64,000 bases of DNA from Chlorokybus atmophyticus (GCA_009103225.1 RHPI01003642.1:1107099-1171098), one strand, 5' to 3'; shown: positions 1-15,345, numbered from the stretch's first letter. Notes: generated from the sequence alone by a model not told the origin. Made by a program: numbers and translations.

Positions 1-953
1 TATATTTTGAACAATACACGCAATAACAGACTTCTGGTAATATCAATAATAAGTTATATGCAAAACACAACATATGTGAGCAAGGTCGAAGACCCTATCT
101 GATATATGGTCTATAGATTAACATGTGGATAATTGACGTTGATGTCTTGCGTTGCCTTTCGTACATTGCCTTTTTGATAGAAGCTATGTGAATGCATGAA
201 TGGGCTTGCGTAAGACACGAATGTTCAACTTTGTGTTTGCATGTTTGATGCTATTACATGAATTTGATTAATTGCGACACCTCCATCTAACCATATGCAT
301 TAATGCAAGAACATATTCAAAGACATAACATCTCGAAGAAAAATACGTTGACCCTTGAAAACCACTGCAGGTCAAAGCTACCAATTCAAGATTGTGCGTG
401 GCGTATGAAGCAGTGCATCTTTAAAATTCAGGTTGCCATTGCAATGCCATGAATGGTATTTTATCTTTGAAACCATATCTTGAACGTATTGCTATCACAT
501 ATATTCATGAACATGTGAACACGACTCAACACGATTGTAATTATGACAAACGTCAGAAACACTTCCGACTGTGATGGAAGTTGTCAAGCATCATCATTCC
601 CTTTTGGTACCTTCCGCCACGGCAGCGCACCAGTCGCGTCGCCTGCCTGTGTGTTGCCGCACAGACCCACTGTCAGCTTCGCGTCAGAAGGGGAAGTTAC
701 GAATCTCCGAGCCGTGCGTCAGGTGTTGACATCTCACTCGACATAGCCTCTTGCCCCGGGCCAAGCGGGCCGCGGTGTTGACATCCGTCGCAGCCCAAAC
801 CAACGCATGGGCGGAAGCGCTACAGACTGAACCACCGCCCAGGCCACATGCCCCTGGCGATATTTACGGTGAGGCTTCGAAGATTTCACGGTTGGGCTTC
901 AAGATTGAACGCTCACTCTACCAGGGGGTAATCGGTGGCCTCACGGCTGTGGT

Positions 954-957
<4 letters not shown>

Positions 958-1001
<44 letters not shown>
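958..1001. repeat. (GA)22 microsatellite upstream of the first coding exon of USP gene 1
   Basis: Pure GA run directly visible; followed by a likely splice acceptor gtatctgtag ending at 1014. Confidence 0.97.
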
Positions 1002-1002
<1 letters not shown>

Positions 1003-1044
1003 GTGTATCTGTAGGTTTGCTGGTTGGAGTGCTTCCCTGCAGCT

Positions 1045-3058
<2,014 letters not shown>

Positions 3059-3975
3059 TACACCAACATACAACCAAGAACGCATTGTTGTTTGTGTTTT
3101 GGCCCTTCTTTTGTGTTGGCATTGTTTTGTATAGACAGACCCACTATGGAAGAGGCAGGACTGGTGAGCGCCAATTGCACGCGACTTGTGTTTGCAGAAG
3201 CGGCTGTTTATCGTCAAGCCGGTGGTTGTTAGTTGTGCACATGCAGACTTGTCAACCTATTTTGCAGCGTACTTAGTGTTGTAAAGCCATGATTCATCGA
3301 GGGGTTGGTCCCGACACGGGTTGGTCCCTACACGGGACCTTAACTGAACTGGTGTCTATGATGATCAAACAAAAGCATCTGCTTTGCAGTGTTTATGCAA
3401 CCCTTGGGCTTGTGGTGTATACCATATAGGATGCAGGGATTGTGGCATGCATTAGAGTGTCACATTCACGCAAACAATCAGCACACTACACTATGACTCT
3501 TACATTCACCACCGGGTTGTCCAGCTAGTTGCTACCTACCTACCTACCTTCACTACTACCCGTACCCCGTGACACACACATGCATGCATGTACTTGCAAT
3601 GACCTGTGTCAAATACAGCATGTTTAATTACCCAAGTGAACTGCAGTCTGCTCGTGAGTCTAGCTCAAGCTCAACGTACAGCTACAGCTGCATACTGCGG
3701 CTTGGTTTGGCGCTGTTAAGTACCCATTGGCTGCTTTGTTGGGTTGGTGCTGCTGAAATTATCCATGCAGCCAGTAAGAATATCAGGACAAAAACAATAG
3801 CAGTACAGAGCCGCAGTAGTCCTGAAGCCCTTGAGCAGTCAATCACGTGTATGAGTGCACATCAGACCAGAAGGAAGTTGGCCCAAAGAAACCCAAAGCC
3901 AAGGGCAGGTTCGAACAAAGCTTGCGCTAGTACAACGCCTGTGTTGTGCGTTGTTCATCTGTTTCAAACGCTTTG

Positions 3976-5031
3976 CTACAATTCCTGTGGTGGAGGTGGA
4001 GTGGATTGATCCTCCGGCTCCTTCACGACGAGTACGGGACACTTGGCATGCTGCACGCAGTAGGTGCTCGTGCTTCCGAGGAGAAGCCTGTTGTGTGATA
4101 ATTGTTGTGTCAGCGGAGTCAGTCGTTCAAATGTGCATGCACACAGCCAAGTCATGCAACAAGAGACCATGTTACAGTACGATTGAGGGTGAATGTTGTC
4201 ATTGTATTGCCCAGAGCATGTCCAGCCAACACCCCTATTTGATACATGCTTCAGCAACAGCTGGCATACACCCCACTGGCCTTTGGACCTTGTTATGGCG
4301 CCTTTGCCGGTGCTGCCCACGACGAGGAGGTGGGCACGCACCTCCTCGCACACCTCAAGGATGACGTCGCGTGGATCTCCGGGCCTCACCACAGCCTCAT
4401 ACGAGACCTTAAAGAGGTATATACATTATACGGAACAAGTCGGGGATGCAAATAAAGATTATCACAAACAATGCAAGGCCATGCACTGCATCTGCACCTG
4501 TGCTGCCTTGAGTACGGGCGCGGCGGACTCCAACAGCTCCTTTGCAGCTACTGTGCCTCGACCTGAAGCTCTTCAAGGCGCTCGGGGTCCATGATAGGGA
4601 CGCCATCTAACACATATTCACCAAGTGTTTCCGACAAGTTGCTGGAAACAACAGAAAGCAGCTTCATGACTGTTTCTACCTTCAAGGTGTGCCCAAAAGT
4701 AGCAGTGAAGAGGACGTTTCAAGGTACCGCAATGGCGCACAAGTTTCTGTGTACTACTTACTCAGAAGCAGGGTGTCGTAGTCGGCGGCGGGGTCCGGGT
4801 ACGCGTGCACCAGCACCACCTCGTCACGGCCGGCATGAACAATGTTGTCCACAGTGTACCTGCCAGCGCATGCCACCCAGAATCTCCCATGAGAAACACA
4901 GTACCAGAGAACTTCTATTGAAGCAGTTGTTGCAGTGCATGCATGCGCTGAGTATGTACTTGCCTGAGGGCGTAGTTGCTCGCTGCAGAGCCGTCCAAGG
5001 CAATCACAACTTTCTTGCCTGTCTTAGCCAT
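3976..5031 (-). CDS. Universal stress protein gene 2; apparent 1-nt frameshift in exon 3
   Basis: MAKTGKKVVIALDGSAASNYALR|YTVDNIVHAGRDEVVLVHAY..|..PERLEELQ../..AAKELLESAAPVLKAAQ|VSYEAVVRPGDPRDVILEVC..LLVVGSTGKGAITR|LLLGSTSTYCVQHAKCPVLVVK; the frame breaks near 4551. Confidence 0.85.
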
Positions 5032-5944
5032 GGACAACCACACGCCGAACAGCTGTGACTCAGCTATGGAAGGCCACCACCAGTACAACGCACTGTCATG
5101 CTGAAGGGATGCACTACACGGAGGCGACGACGGCCACAACGGCGATGCCCACGACGACAGGGCCAGTGACGGGTATGATGGATTGTTCTGCGCACGTCAT
5201 GTCAGAGAGTGCGCTCATGCGCATAGCAGCAGTAGCAGCAGCAGCAGAGCTGACAGCCTGAATAGCAAGAAACGTATTATGATTGAGGGCAGCATGCTGG
5301 TGATGTCAATCCTTAGCTTTTCAACAGCATGCTTATATACGGTGCAGAAGGGGCCTCTCGTTTGAAGAATTGACTGACAGTGTCTTACACACGTGCGATC
5401 AGCACTGCCATGCGTGCAAGAGAGATGTTACCTGCCTGTAGTTTCACTGGCTGGTAGGCCTTGGCTATGACTTCAGGTGCATGGTGCCCTGTGCAGTGCA
5501 CCAACAGTATGCACTCGGCCAACTGTTGTTTGGCAGGTAATGCTGCACTCCATGCCTACAGTCTGTAGTGGCGTCCCTCATGACCATCACGTGGTGTTGC
5601 AATTACTCAAAGTCAACAATGCTGTTGTATGTAATGTACACTTCCGGTAATAGGCGCTGCCGCATCCTGCAACATGAATATGACATCATGCAGCATTGCA
5701 CATGGACAAACACAACAACTGCCTAACCCTTCGCGTGCAGGATTGCAGGCAGCGGAGCATGATGGCAAGCACAAGCTTCCAAGAGTGCAAATACAATCTT
5801 GTGCGACAAACGCAATGAGACAGTCTGTGATATGTTGCATGATACGGCGCACAAGCGGCGCAAGCCTGTCTTTATCACTAGGTTGTCATTTACATATCTC
5901 AAGCATGCACTCAGGTATACTCTACGTAGCTGTGCGTTACGTTT

Positions 5945-7382
5945 TCAAATCTCATCTTGATACACAAAGCAGTAAGTTTTCCGTTTGTTGTTGCGACAAG
6001 TCCATGCTTGCTTACTGCAGAAGCACAAGCGCAAAGGAGTGCTTGGGCGGTCCTGGTGTTTGTCTTTGTTTTTCACAATCATCACTGAACACGGGCAGAA
6101 ATGCAAGCAGTAATTCGCTCGTGCTGCCAGTACACGAACGCCATCGTCCACAACATGGGAAACAAAGTCTTCTACATACAGCCAAAGCGCTCACAATTGC
6201 ACTCGCAGACTCCAAGCACTGAGTGCTCTTGATGCATTCATCCGCTTGGTTAAGTGCCATGTTTGCATGATGACAAACACAACCCATACCTGGCGAGTGT
6301 CCGTCTGCCTCCGCTGCCCATACCCAGCATTGTCGGGTGCACCGCCTTGCATGTGTGGATAATGACATCGCGCAGATCCCGCTTGCGACGTAGATCTGGT
6401 AGTTGTACACATGCCAGTCAATGCGGCACAATCCAGCGTGCTAAAGATGTCCAAACCCAACAGGTGCATTGCCAAGTGGACTGTTGGCTGCGGGCAAGGC
6501 AGTCAACATCCCTGCATTCCATCCCATTCACTGCCATATAAGAAAGAATGCGTTGCTATTCGTTTGTCATGACTCACCTGGGCTGCCTGCAGTTGTTTGG
6601 CAACCAAGTTTGCTACGCGCTCTCTGCTTATTTATTCCGCTATCTCATCAAGAGCTACTTGCAGCTTGTCACGGGGCCCTGCCAAGTAGACTCTTGTCAT
6701 GACTGCACTGTAATGGTTTTGACAACAATGCTTAGAGCCCGTTGAGATGCACTCAAGACACTGTTCTATGATTTCTCTCACGACTGGGGAGGAGCTCGTG
6801 CCATCTTACCGGCACAAGATTGTCTTTTTCCTCGGCATGCAGCACACCCTTGTCGTAAGCGCGTACAACATGTTTGAGGGCAAAACTGCCAAATAATGCA
6901 GTGGTTGCTAACATTTGTAGTAACTACCAAGACTGCAAACTTGGTACTCACACAGAGTCACACACACTCATGCACGCAGTGGAGCAACCTGCTCACGGTG
7001 TCACACAGACAGTCTCACCTTAGTGAAGTCACCGCAGCCTGCTGGGCATGCATTCTGCTACACCGGTGATGGCTTACCACCAATGAGCGACTATTAGTGA
7101 TGGCAACATCATGAGAAGCAGCCTTGCAAGTCACTCTCTAAAGCCTTGCGGAGCATGCGTTACATGGCTTTACTTATTGCGGTGACCCCCCTGCGCGAGA
7201 GCTTTGCTGGCGGCTGTGGAGCCGCCCACAGCCACCACAACGGTGCCAGCGCCCGCCTTCGGGCATCCATGCGCGGCCTTAGCCTGATTGTCGTTCCCGT
7301 CAAGGCTTGCCAGCTCCACCGTCATCTCCTCCTGGATGTTGTCAGGCTTAGGCTCCAGCATGGGAAAGTCGGCGGCGGCCAT
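5945..7382 (-). CDS. Divergent universal stress protein gene 3; apparent 1-nt frameshift, some exon limits uncertain
   Basis: Segments VVVAVGGSTAASKAL (7170-7260), FALKHVVRAYDKGVLHA (~6810-6885), YNYQIYVASG/DLRDVIIHTCKAVHPTMLGMGSGGRRTLAR (~6290-6410) and NYCLHFCPCSVMIVK (~6080-6120) align colinearly with USP genes 1 and 2. Confidence 0.7.
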
Positions 7383-7559
7383 GGCAGCGAGGAACTGCAC
7401 CTCCCCATGACATGAAGCTCAATTAGCAAGCTTCATGCAGCTACCAGCGGCCTGCTATCAGCTACCAGGCCAGCGCCTGTCCTGCCCGCACTGCATGGCA
7501 TGCACAGCAGCGCTATCAGCTTAGCTCTGTCGGTCGGCGTGCCGGATAGAGTTTAAGTA

Positions 7560-10500
7560 GGTTGTCGATGAAGACGACAGCGACGACCACGATCATACCC
7601 ACGTCCGCCACCATGGCGCCATGCACATGCAGTCCACACCACCGTGGAGGAGTCCTGCATGCAATGTGGCACAGGCACACAACAGTGAGTGCGACAGCTT
7701 GTTCAGTTGGCAAGGTAAGAACCTTGCCAACTGACGGTCAGTTTAGCAGCTGGGCGGCGGCGGCGGCGGCGGCAGCGGCGGCTTGACGTGACGGACTGTG
7801 TGAGGTGTGTCTAAAAGGAGCTGCTACTTGCTGAGCATAGCTGGCGAGCGTTGGTGGCTGTCCTCCCCTGCCGAGAAGCGAGTGAGAGCTGCCTCCGAGG
7901 AAGTGCTCGGCTCTGAGGAAGACGAGCACGCAGGCTGCAACACGAGCACGCATGCGCTTGACAGCCTGAACACGCGGCGTGTCTACTGCGGCAGAGGCTA
8001 CTGTTGTAGATGAGACATTGCTGTCAAGCGCCCACCTTCTATGCATGCTGTTGCCGCTGGAACCGGACCCTGCAGTGCCAAAACCAACGAGTCTTACTGG
8101 AAGGATAGCTGCATGTTTGTCATCGAGACGCAAGCGCTGTTGCTGTACTCTCGCAACAGCAGCCGGTGCGTGTCAATGGTGGGAGCTGCTCAATGAGCAT
8201 TGCACAGGACGACGACAACGCAGGAATGTGAGCAGCTAGTTAGTTCGCTGGCTAGTTACCTGATTGGCTACGACTACGCACTGAGTGCGTGCCTCCCTCA
8301 CCTGGCATGGCACGGGTCAAGGTTGCCGGTGGAGGCCACGGCAGAACAAGCAAGAACGCTCAGCAGGGCAGGGTGCCCCACAGCCAGCGTGGCATTGGCT
8401 GCTGGAGTCCTGAGGAGGTGGGCATGTGCACGATGCTCTATCGTGCAGCTTGAGTTCATCTTGATGGTCCAGTGCTCATTGAAGCCTGCTTGCGTGCCTC
8501 TTCAAGACTGACCGACTGCTTGCAGTGGCCGCAGGCACTTTGCATGGTGCATATCGATTATTATCACACTAAGGTATGACTGACGTAACATGTACGTGAA
8601 ACTTGTTTACATGTACCACAGGAGTTGGCGCTGCAGAAAGGGGTGTCTGCTTATGGAGTTGGCAGCTGGCATGCAATCTTATTGGACTGGAGGTTTCGAC
8701 CCGCGTTAAAGCACAGGCAAGAGTGCAGTTGATGACTGCAGCTTTGTGGTGTGCATGCACATATTGACACAACTCAAACAGTGTGGGTAAATGTAGAGTT
8801 TGTTTGTATTTTTGTCGGGTCAGGACTAGCAGGCAATTGAAGGACAAATGGAGAAACTTGCTCATCGCCCATCGGGCCGGAAGGCGTGAACTAACGTACC
8901 TACCCGCTGAGGCATGTAAGAATTCCGTGCAAGAGATATCGCTCAGTGCCAAGAGTCAGCAGACGGCTGCAAAACACATCAACCAACATTGCGTGCCATC
9001 AACTGGCCATCCAATGGACAAGGGAACTGTTGCCACTCACTGCAGCCCAGATGAAGCTCCAGGCAAGAAAGTCCAGTACAGCCCATACTTGTGTGCAGCA
9101 AGGTCTATCTTTGTATAGCCATGAGCAGTCACCGAGTGTCATAAGCAACTAGCAGTGTCCAGCACGCACAATGCAGTGTTGACCAGTAGCTGCTGATTGA
9201 CTCAGTCTCAGAGCCCGGTTTATGGATGAACGACCCTGATCAATTCTTTGCAACATGCGTGCAGGCTCAGCAGACTGTGCGACCCGCGGGCGCCCAAGTA
9301 TTGCTGCCAGCGACTTGGAGCACGCCACAGTACATGCTCTGCGCAAATGCGACACAGTGTCAAGGCTGTGCACACCTACAAATGCGCCCCCGCCAACACT
9401 TCCAGCAATCGCAGGCGGTAGCGCGGTTTGTGCAGGCCACAGTGACACACAGTGTGAGCAACGTCACTCTTCACCCGAAGCAAGGCAAAACCTTGATGCA
9501 CAGGCCCCTCGCGTGCAAGACGCTGAAGATCCTGCCAGGTTGGCATCATGTCAAGAGGTCGCTTGCCGAGCAAAGTCTCAAAGCGCACATGCTGAGGACA
9601 AACAGTCTCAACCTCCGGTGCCTGTTGAACCCTCGGCTGCGACATTTCTGTTGGCGCCTGGTGTAGGACCTGCTACTCCTACCAAGGAGCATTGTGAGTT
9701 ACAGCCTTTTGAAGTGCTGGCATCCCTGCATTCACACCACAGACTCCAAGACTTTCCGGCCGTATATGAGCAGGCCGCACACCAACCAGACACCCTTCCT
9801 CTAGAGACAAAGCCACCAGAAGAGCTGCTTGCGCAACTGCCACAGGCCAAAGTCTTGCTCCGCAAAGCCTTAGCTGGCACAAGCTGGACAGATATGCACC
9901 AACAGGCTCAGCACACAGCGAGTTCAGCGTCACAGCAGCAGGAGCCCGCAGGACAGGCGGCACACTTCAATGCAGTGTTGGGTGCACAGCCAGCTTACCA
10001 AGAGCAGAGCAGTCCACCTGGGCTTGTTGGTTGCGAACTGGCAGGGTGTGTCAAACCATTGCGAACTTGCACTGTTGTCATGAGTGCTACTGCAAATGCT
10101 GAGCGCCCTGCAGCAACATCGCCAACCTCTCCAACAAGCAGGCAACAGCCCTCATCATTTCCGCAGGGAGAAGTGGGAACGCAGTACAGTCCTCAGAGCA
10201 ACGGTAACTTGGTGAAAAACCGCATTGAGAGAGATGGCAATCCAACGACAAGAGCTGCAATAACAACAATTGAAGCGCTTGGCACCACCCGCGTATCTTT
10301 GCGCCAGGTGCGCTTTGTCAATCTTGCTCTGTTCACTCAGCCATGCAATTTAGGTTGTGGATCACCTGGACAGAAGGGCTGTTGATGGCGTCCTGTTGTG
10401 TCGAATTGACATTGTCTTTACTGCGAACAAAGCAAACAGAACACAAATGCTCAACAGTGTTAGCAACCAGGTGGCACATTCCCTGCAACACGCGAAGATA

Positions 10501-10773
10501 GCGCCTGAGACACGGCGACTTATTCTGGCGGAGCTTGCTTTCAAAGCGCTGTCGAGCAGCTCGCCTATGTTGACTGAACGAATACCCTCAAGTCCTCGAG
10601 ACCATTCCCGTAAAGGTGTAAAGTACTCAAGACAGCCACAGTCGCCAACAGCCACAACCAGCACACCAGCAATGGCTGCGTTGCTTCGGCCCAAGACAAC
10701 AACATACGTGCAATCACGTAGAACACAGGCAAGGCTGCATTCCTCACATTACAAGTCCAACGCGTTTCATTGA
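7560..10773 (+). CDS. Telobox-type single Myb/SANT domain protein (TRF-like) with long low-complexity Q/P/S-rich C-terminal region; 5' and 3' limits uncertain
   Basis: Exons ending at 8417, 8622-8716 and starting at 8824 give WSPEEELALQKGVSAYGVGSWHAILLDWRFRPALKHRTSRQLKDKWRNL, with the LKDKWRN telobox signature. Long + strand ORFs 9255-10385 and 10357-10773 are the probable continuation. Confidence 0.72.
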
Positions 10774-11042
10774 TGATTTGCCTGTACAACAGGCAACTCA
10801 CTGATTACAAGCGGTGTCTGATGCAGGTTGCGGCAGTTAAGCCGGCAGTACAAGCACTGGAGTTTGTGGAGAGTATGGCCAAAGCCTGTCGGAAGCTGCT
10901 CAAAGACATTCCTGGCATGGACCAGCTGCATCCATCAAACGCTTGATGGGCAGCTGACAGATGCGGATACAAGGAGACAAATGCAGCCTGTACATGATGG
11001 CCTGACCAATCAGTAACATGTTAACATGTAACTATCCAACAA

Positions 11043-13128
11043 TCAGTCATCTGCCATGTCGTCTTCCATAGATGCCTTAGCTAATCTCTCTGCCTCCGCA
11101 GCCAACTCCGCAGGCACCTGCAGACATACGTTGTCGTCATCTGAATAATCTTGACATGAGACTGATTGTTGCAAAAATACAGTAGAAGCTGAGAAATTGC
11201 CCTCTGCACCAATCAGTGGCTCAGCTTGTACATACCCGCTTGTGCTCACGCCCAGACTCGTCGCATATCCAACTCAGTTCCAACTCAAAGGCCTTGTCTT
11301 TGGCTTCATCATGTGCGCTGTAGATTCTGCAAACACATCACACAATTCAGCAACACATTACAGATGGGGAGATAAACAGCATGCGAAAAAAGACACCCAC
11401 ATCTTTGCCACAGCCATGACGCCTTCACGACATGTCATCTCCTCCAGCTTCAACCGCTCAATCTCTCTGTGAGGCCACAACGTGAATGAGATGTTAGCAA
11501 AGAAGCTCAGCTCACAAGACCACAAGCAGGCTTGCACATCAAACAATTTGGCAACTCACGTCTTGGCTGCCTGTCGGCCCTTGCCAATGGCTGTGCCAAA
11601 GTATCTCTGCAGAAATCAAACCATCAGCAACTACTGCACCTTCCACGCACTGCTGCTTCAGCACCTACTGCTTACAAAGACAGCTACTTACAAAGACAAC
11701 ACCGGATGGTTCAATCATGTACAGCTGCGGTCCTTCCTTGTCGTAGCAGCCCACTATGGCTGAGCTCCCAAATGGTCTGAAACAAACACAGACATGATGT
11801 CGTGAACACTGCAATATCGACAAGCGCGGGCTTGTGCCAATGCAGCCGTGTGCTTGCGCTGCGGCTTGCTATACAGCGGACTGCTCACCTGACCGACCAA
11901 TACAGCGTGAAGAGGTGTACGTAGCTGGCAAGCCGCGCGCTCAGGATCTTTGCAGGTATTGGGCTGCCATAAAAGCTGCAATCGACCCAAACAGCTGTGT
12001 CAGAGCACACTGCATACATGGTTTCACATACTACCAGATCGTACAAAACGGTTTGACACAGTGCAACAAACCTTTTGTACTGAGCTGCTTCCTGCCGTGC
12101 ACGATTGACTATCTGCCTGCCATCTGCAACGAGCCCTGCTAGCGCCTGCAACCAACATGTATCGCAACACGAGATACGCAACAAGCAACCATCACAGCGC
12201 TACATGCATCAGTCAACATGTGGCATCTGGGAAGAGCCTGTTAAACAAGCTCACCATGCCAGCATGACGATCCAGCGTGTGGATGCGGCGGTTGCTTCCT
12301 GGAACCAGCATCTTGGAAACTATCAGCTTCTCGACACCGAGCACAATCCCATCTTTGCAGCGTATACCAATTGCCGTGCTGCGTGTACAGTTGCGGCTAT
12401 CAGCGAGAGAACATGGGAAAGGCATTGATGGGTATGTGCGCAGCGAGCGTGCAACACACCACCGAGTGTGAATCCATGCAAGTGTGAGATGCTAAAGGTT
12501 TAAATGAAGAGGCATGCTAAAGGTTTAAATGTTTGCAAGATAGCCATGCAGACCAGTCAGCAACAACTGAACTGACCCGCTGTTGTCAACGGCTTTTGTG
12601 GCGTACTCCACTTGGAAAACACGTCCATCTGGCGAGAATGTTGTCGCTGATAGATCGTACTGTATGACAGAAGAATGGATTGACAATTCATCGCTTCAGA
12701 AGTCAGCACTTGGACGCAACAGGCAACGCGAAGTACATGCAAGCATGGCGTGAAACAGCATGAATCTAACAGCATGATCACTGCCATTATGAATACTCGT
12801 CGGCAACGCCATGCATGATTGACTGCCTAACGCGTCATAAGAGAAGAATGGCAGGCAAAATGTTTACTGTGGCTGGTGCTGGCTGGTTTATCAAGGCAGC
12901 CCCGCAGCTTTCGCATGCCAACGTCCAAGCTTTCACAAACACTTAACCCAGACACTGTTGATACTGTCAATGATAATCGTGCCATGGTCGAAATATCCAC
13001 TTTGCCTGGTTTTACATGCTGCTAATCCTGGCTGACAGGATATAACGACAACAAAAAATATAACCTGTGCTTGCTTGTCAGCTGACCCATGCACCGATAA
13101 CACTCACCCCTGTGCCTATACTGCTCAT
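11043..13128 (-). CDS. PAG1: 20S proteasome subunit alpha type 3 (alpha-7)
   Basis: MSSIGTG|[28 protein letters not shown]|[36 protein letters not shown]|..[69 protein letters not shown]. Confidence 0.95.
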
Positions 13129-14413
13129 GTTTCACAGCGCGCCGCCGCCAACAACAACGCTCGCGTTCAACAAGGACAGACACGCTCCTCTCTCCAGTGC
13201 CGGCGACCACGACGACGGCGGCGGCGACGACGATGACAACAGTGGCAACAAAGGCAACACAGTGTTCGTTTGTTTAGGGTTCGAGATACCCTTGTGGTTG
13301 AAGCGTATCGTAATGACGCCACAAGCAGTGCACTTGGGTGACGTTTGGTATCGAAGCATTGACAATAGATACTGCCGTGTCGCGCAAAAAGCTAAGAGCC
13401 GAGTTGCGTAATTGCAACGTAATCGATGCATTGTGACTCGCAGTGTTCGGCTGGCGTTACGGTCCATGTCGTGACCACATCGTGTCAAGTTACGCATGAG
13501 TGTGTTGCATCCCTCATGCTCTTCATCTGTCTGAACTTCAGCTACGTGCACGTATCCCAGTCTTGGTTGTTTAACTGGTTGACTCCACACTCGTCACCGC
13601 TTGTACGGTGCTAGCATGTGTCACAACATGCCCGTTCATCCCCTCGTGTTGGGTAAGAACACCAATAACAGAGCGCGCAATCGGGCTCGCGACATGCCAA
13701 GGTACCTCCTTTGCTTGACAGCACACATGAATCATACTCTAAGCGTCAGAGCAGCAGACATGCAAAGCCTCCACAAACGACACCCTCACAGCATGGGAAT
13801 ATCAATAGATCAACACTCCTGTAGCGCTGCTACCAGGCCAAATGCATGTCACCCTGCCGTAAGCGTATCAGCGGTTGGGATGGGGGTCATACTTGTACGG
13901 GACCGCTAATAAAGCATAACTAGTATACAACGCAAATAGAGAGCTTGTCACATGTTCGTGACAATACAATGGGGATGGAGGACCAGCAGGAGTCAACAGC
14001 CAATCTCCCGGCCCTCTCTTCAGACAGGTCTACATCACATGTTGCTGCCGCGTTTGCTTTATTCGGCTGCAAAGATGGCAATGGTAAGTAATCTTTACTG
14101 CATGCAGCAGTTGCTCACTGGACTGTGAGATTGGAGTGTGTATATATATGCATGCCTGGGGGGGGGGAACTCAGATGCTTGTCCAGTGACGCAAACTCGC
14201 AGTTTGAGAAGCAGCGTGCGAGTCGGTGAGTGAACGTGTTGGTGAATCAGTGATAGCGTTAGTACATGAGTCAGCGAGTGAGTGGGTGGGTGAGAGCGCA
14301 GTGGGTGGGTGAGCGACTAGACTTCTCATATGCGTTACCAAAGCATGGGCAAGCGAGTGAGTGCATGAGTGAGTGACCTGACGAAGCTGACGGACACACA
14401 GATGTACACTCAC

Positions 14414-15221
14414 AGTCAGAGCCGAAGGAGTTGAAGTCCTCGGTGTTCTCCTCCTCGTCATCATTGTCAAACTCGCCCTCCTGGGCCTCCTCATCATCGG
14501 CCTCCTCATCGTCCTCAGCCTCCTCAGTCTCCTCCTCATCGTCATCCTCCTCCTCGTCTCCCATGAAGTCCTGGACTTCCAGGGCTGCCTCCTCCTCGTC
14601 ATCGTCCTCCTCTTCCGCCTCGGCAGAGACTATGGCATTCTCCAACTCGCTCAGCTCGTCCTTGACATCTGTGCCAAGGAAGGGAGTGTTGGTAGAATGA
14701 CCATAACATGGGCAAAGCGGCGAGACGCAAGCACGCACATACGCACACAAGCATGCACGCACGCTTACCGTCGAGCTCGGCGATGACCGCAGCACCGGCC
14801 TCGTCGATATCAGCGGCCATAATCTCCACCTAATGCGAGGAATGACCCCTCGGTCAGCTGCTATGCATTGTTGGGATTTATGCTCACATACGCATGCGAG
14901 TAAGAAAGCACGCACACACACGCGCGCCTGCACACACACAGACGAGGCACAACAACAATAGTGCTTACCGCTGCAAGGGCCTGGTCGCTCACTATTTGGC
15001 GGGCCTGAACAACACATGCACAAACGCATTGGCAGTGAAACTCAAGTGATGCTTGACACGTGACAAGCAGCACAGTGTATCAGTGTGCTTGAGGCCTTTG
15101 CTAGTTTGTTTAGGCCACAAACCAGGAGCTTGCGAGGGGCAGAGGCAGCGGCGGCGGACCAGGCGCAAGCGGCGCAGACTACCAGGACGGCCAGCACCAG
15201 GCGGCGGCGGGGCGGAGCCAT
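14414..15221 (-). CDS. Small secreted, highly acidic (D/E-rich) protein of unknown function; last exon/stop uncertain
   Basis: MAPPRRRLVLAVLVVCAACAWSAAAASAPRKLL (signal-peptide-like) then GT-AG-bounded exons ARQIVSDQALAA, VEIMAADIDEAGAAVIAELD and an 87-aa segment with 49 D/E residues. Confidence 0.7.
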
Positions 15222-15337
15222 GTTGACTACACTTCAGCTGCTGCTACTTACCTCAGCGCAAATACCCAAACACACACACTCTCAGACACCTGCAAACACA
15301 CAAGCCAACCTCTCAACAAACTCGCACGGAGCTGTAC

Positions 15338-15345
15338 TAGGGTTT
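15338..15345 (-). promoter_or_regulatory. Telobox AAACCCTA upstream of the acidic protein gene
   Basis: TAGGGTTT on +, 117 bp upstream of the ATG at 15221. Confidence 0.45.

Noticed and set aside
14431-14700. Ser-rich + strand ORF
   Set aside because: Antisense shadow of the D/E-rich exon; splice signals and signal peptide support the minus strand.
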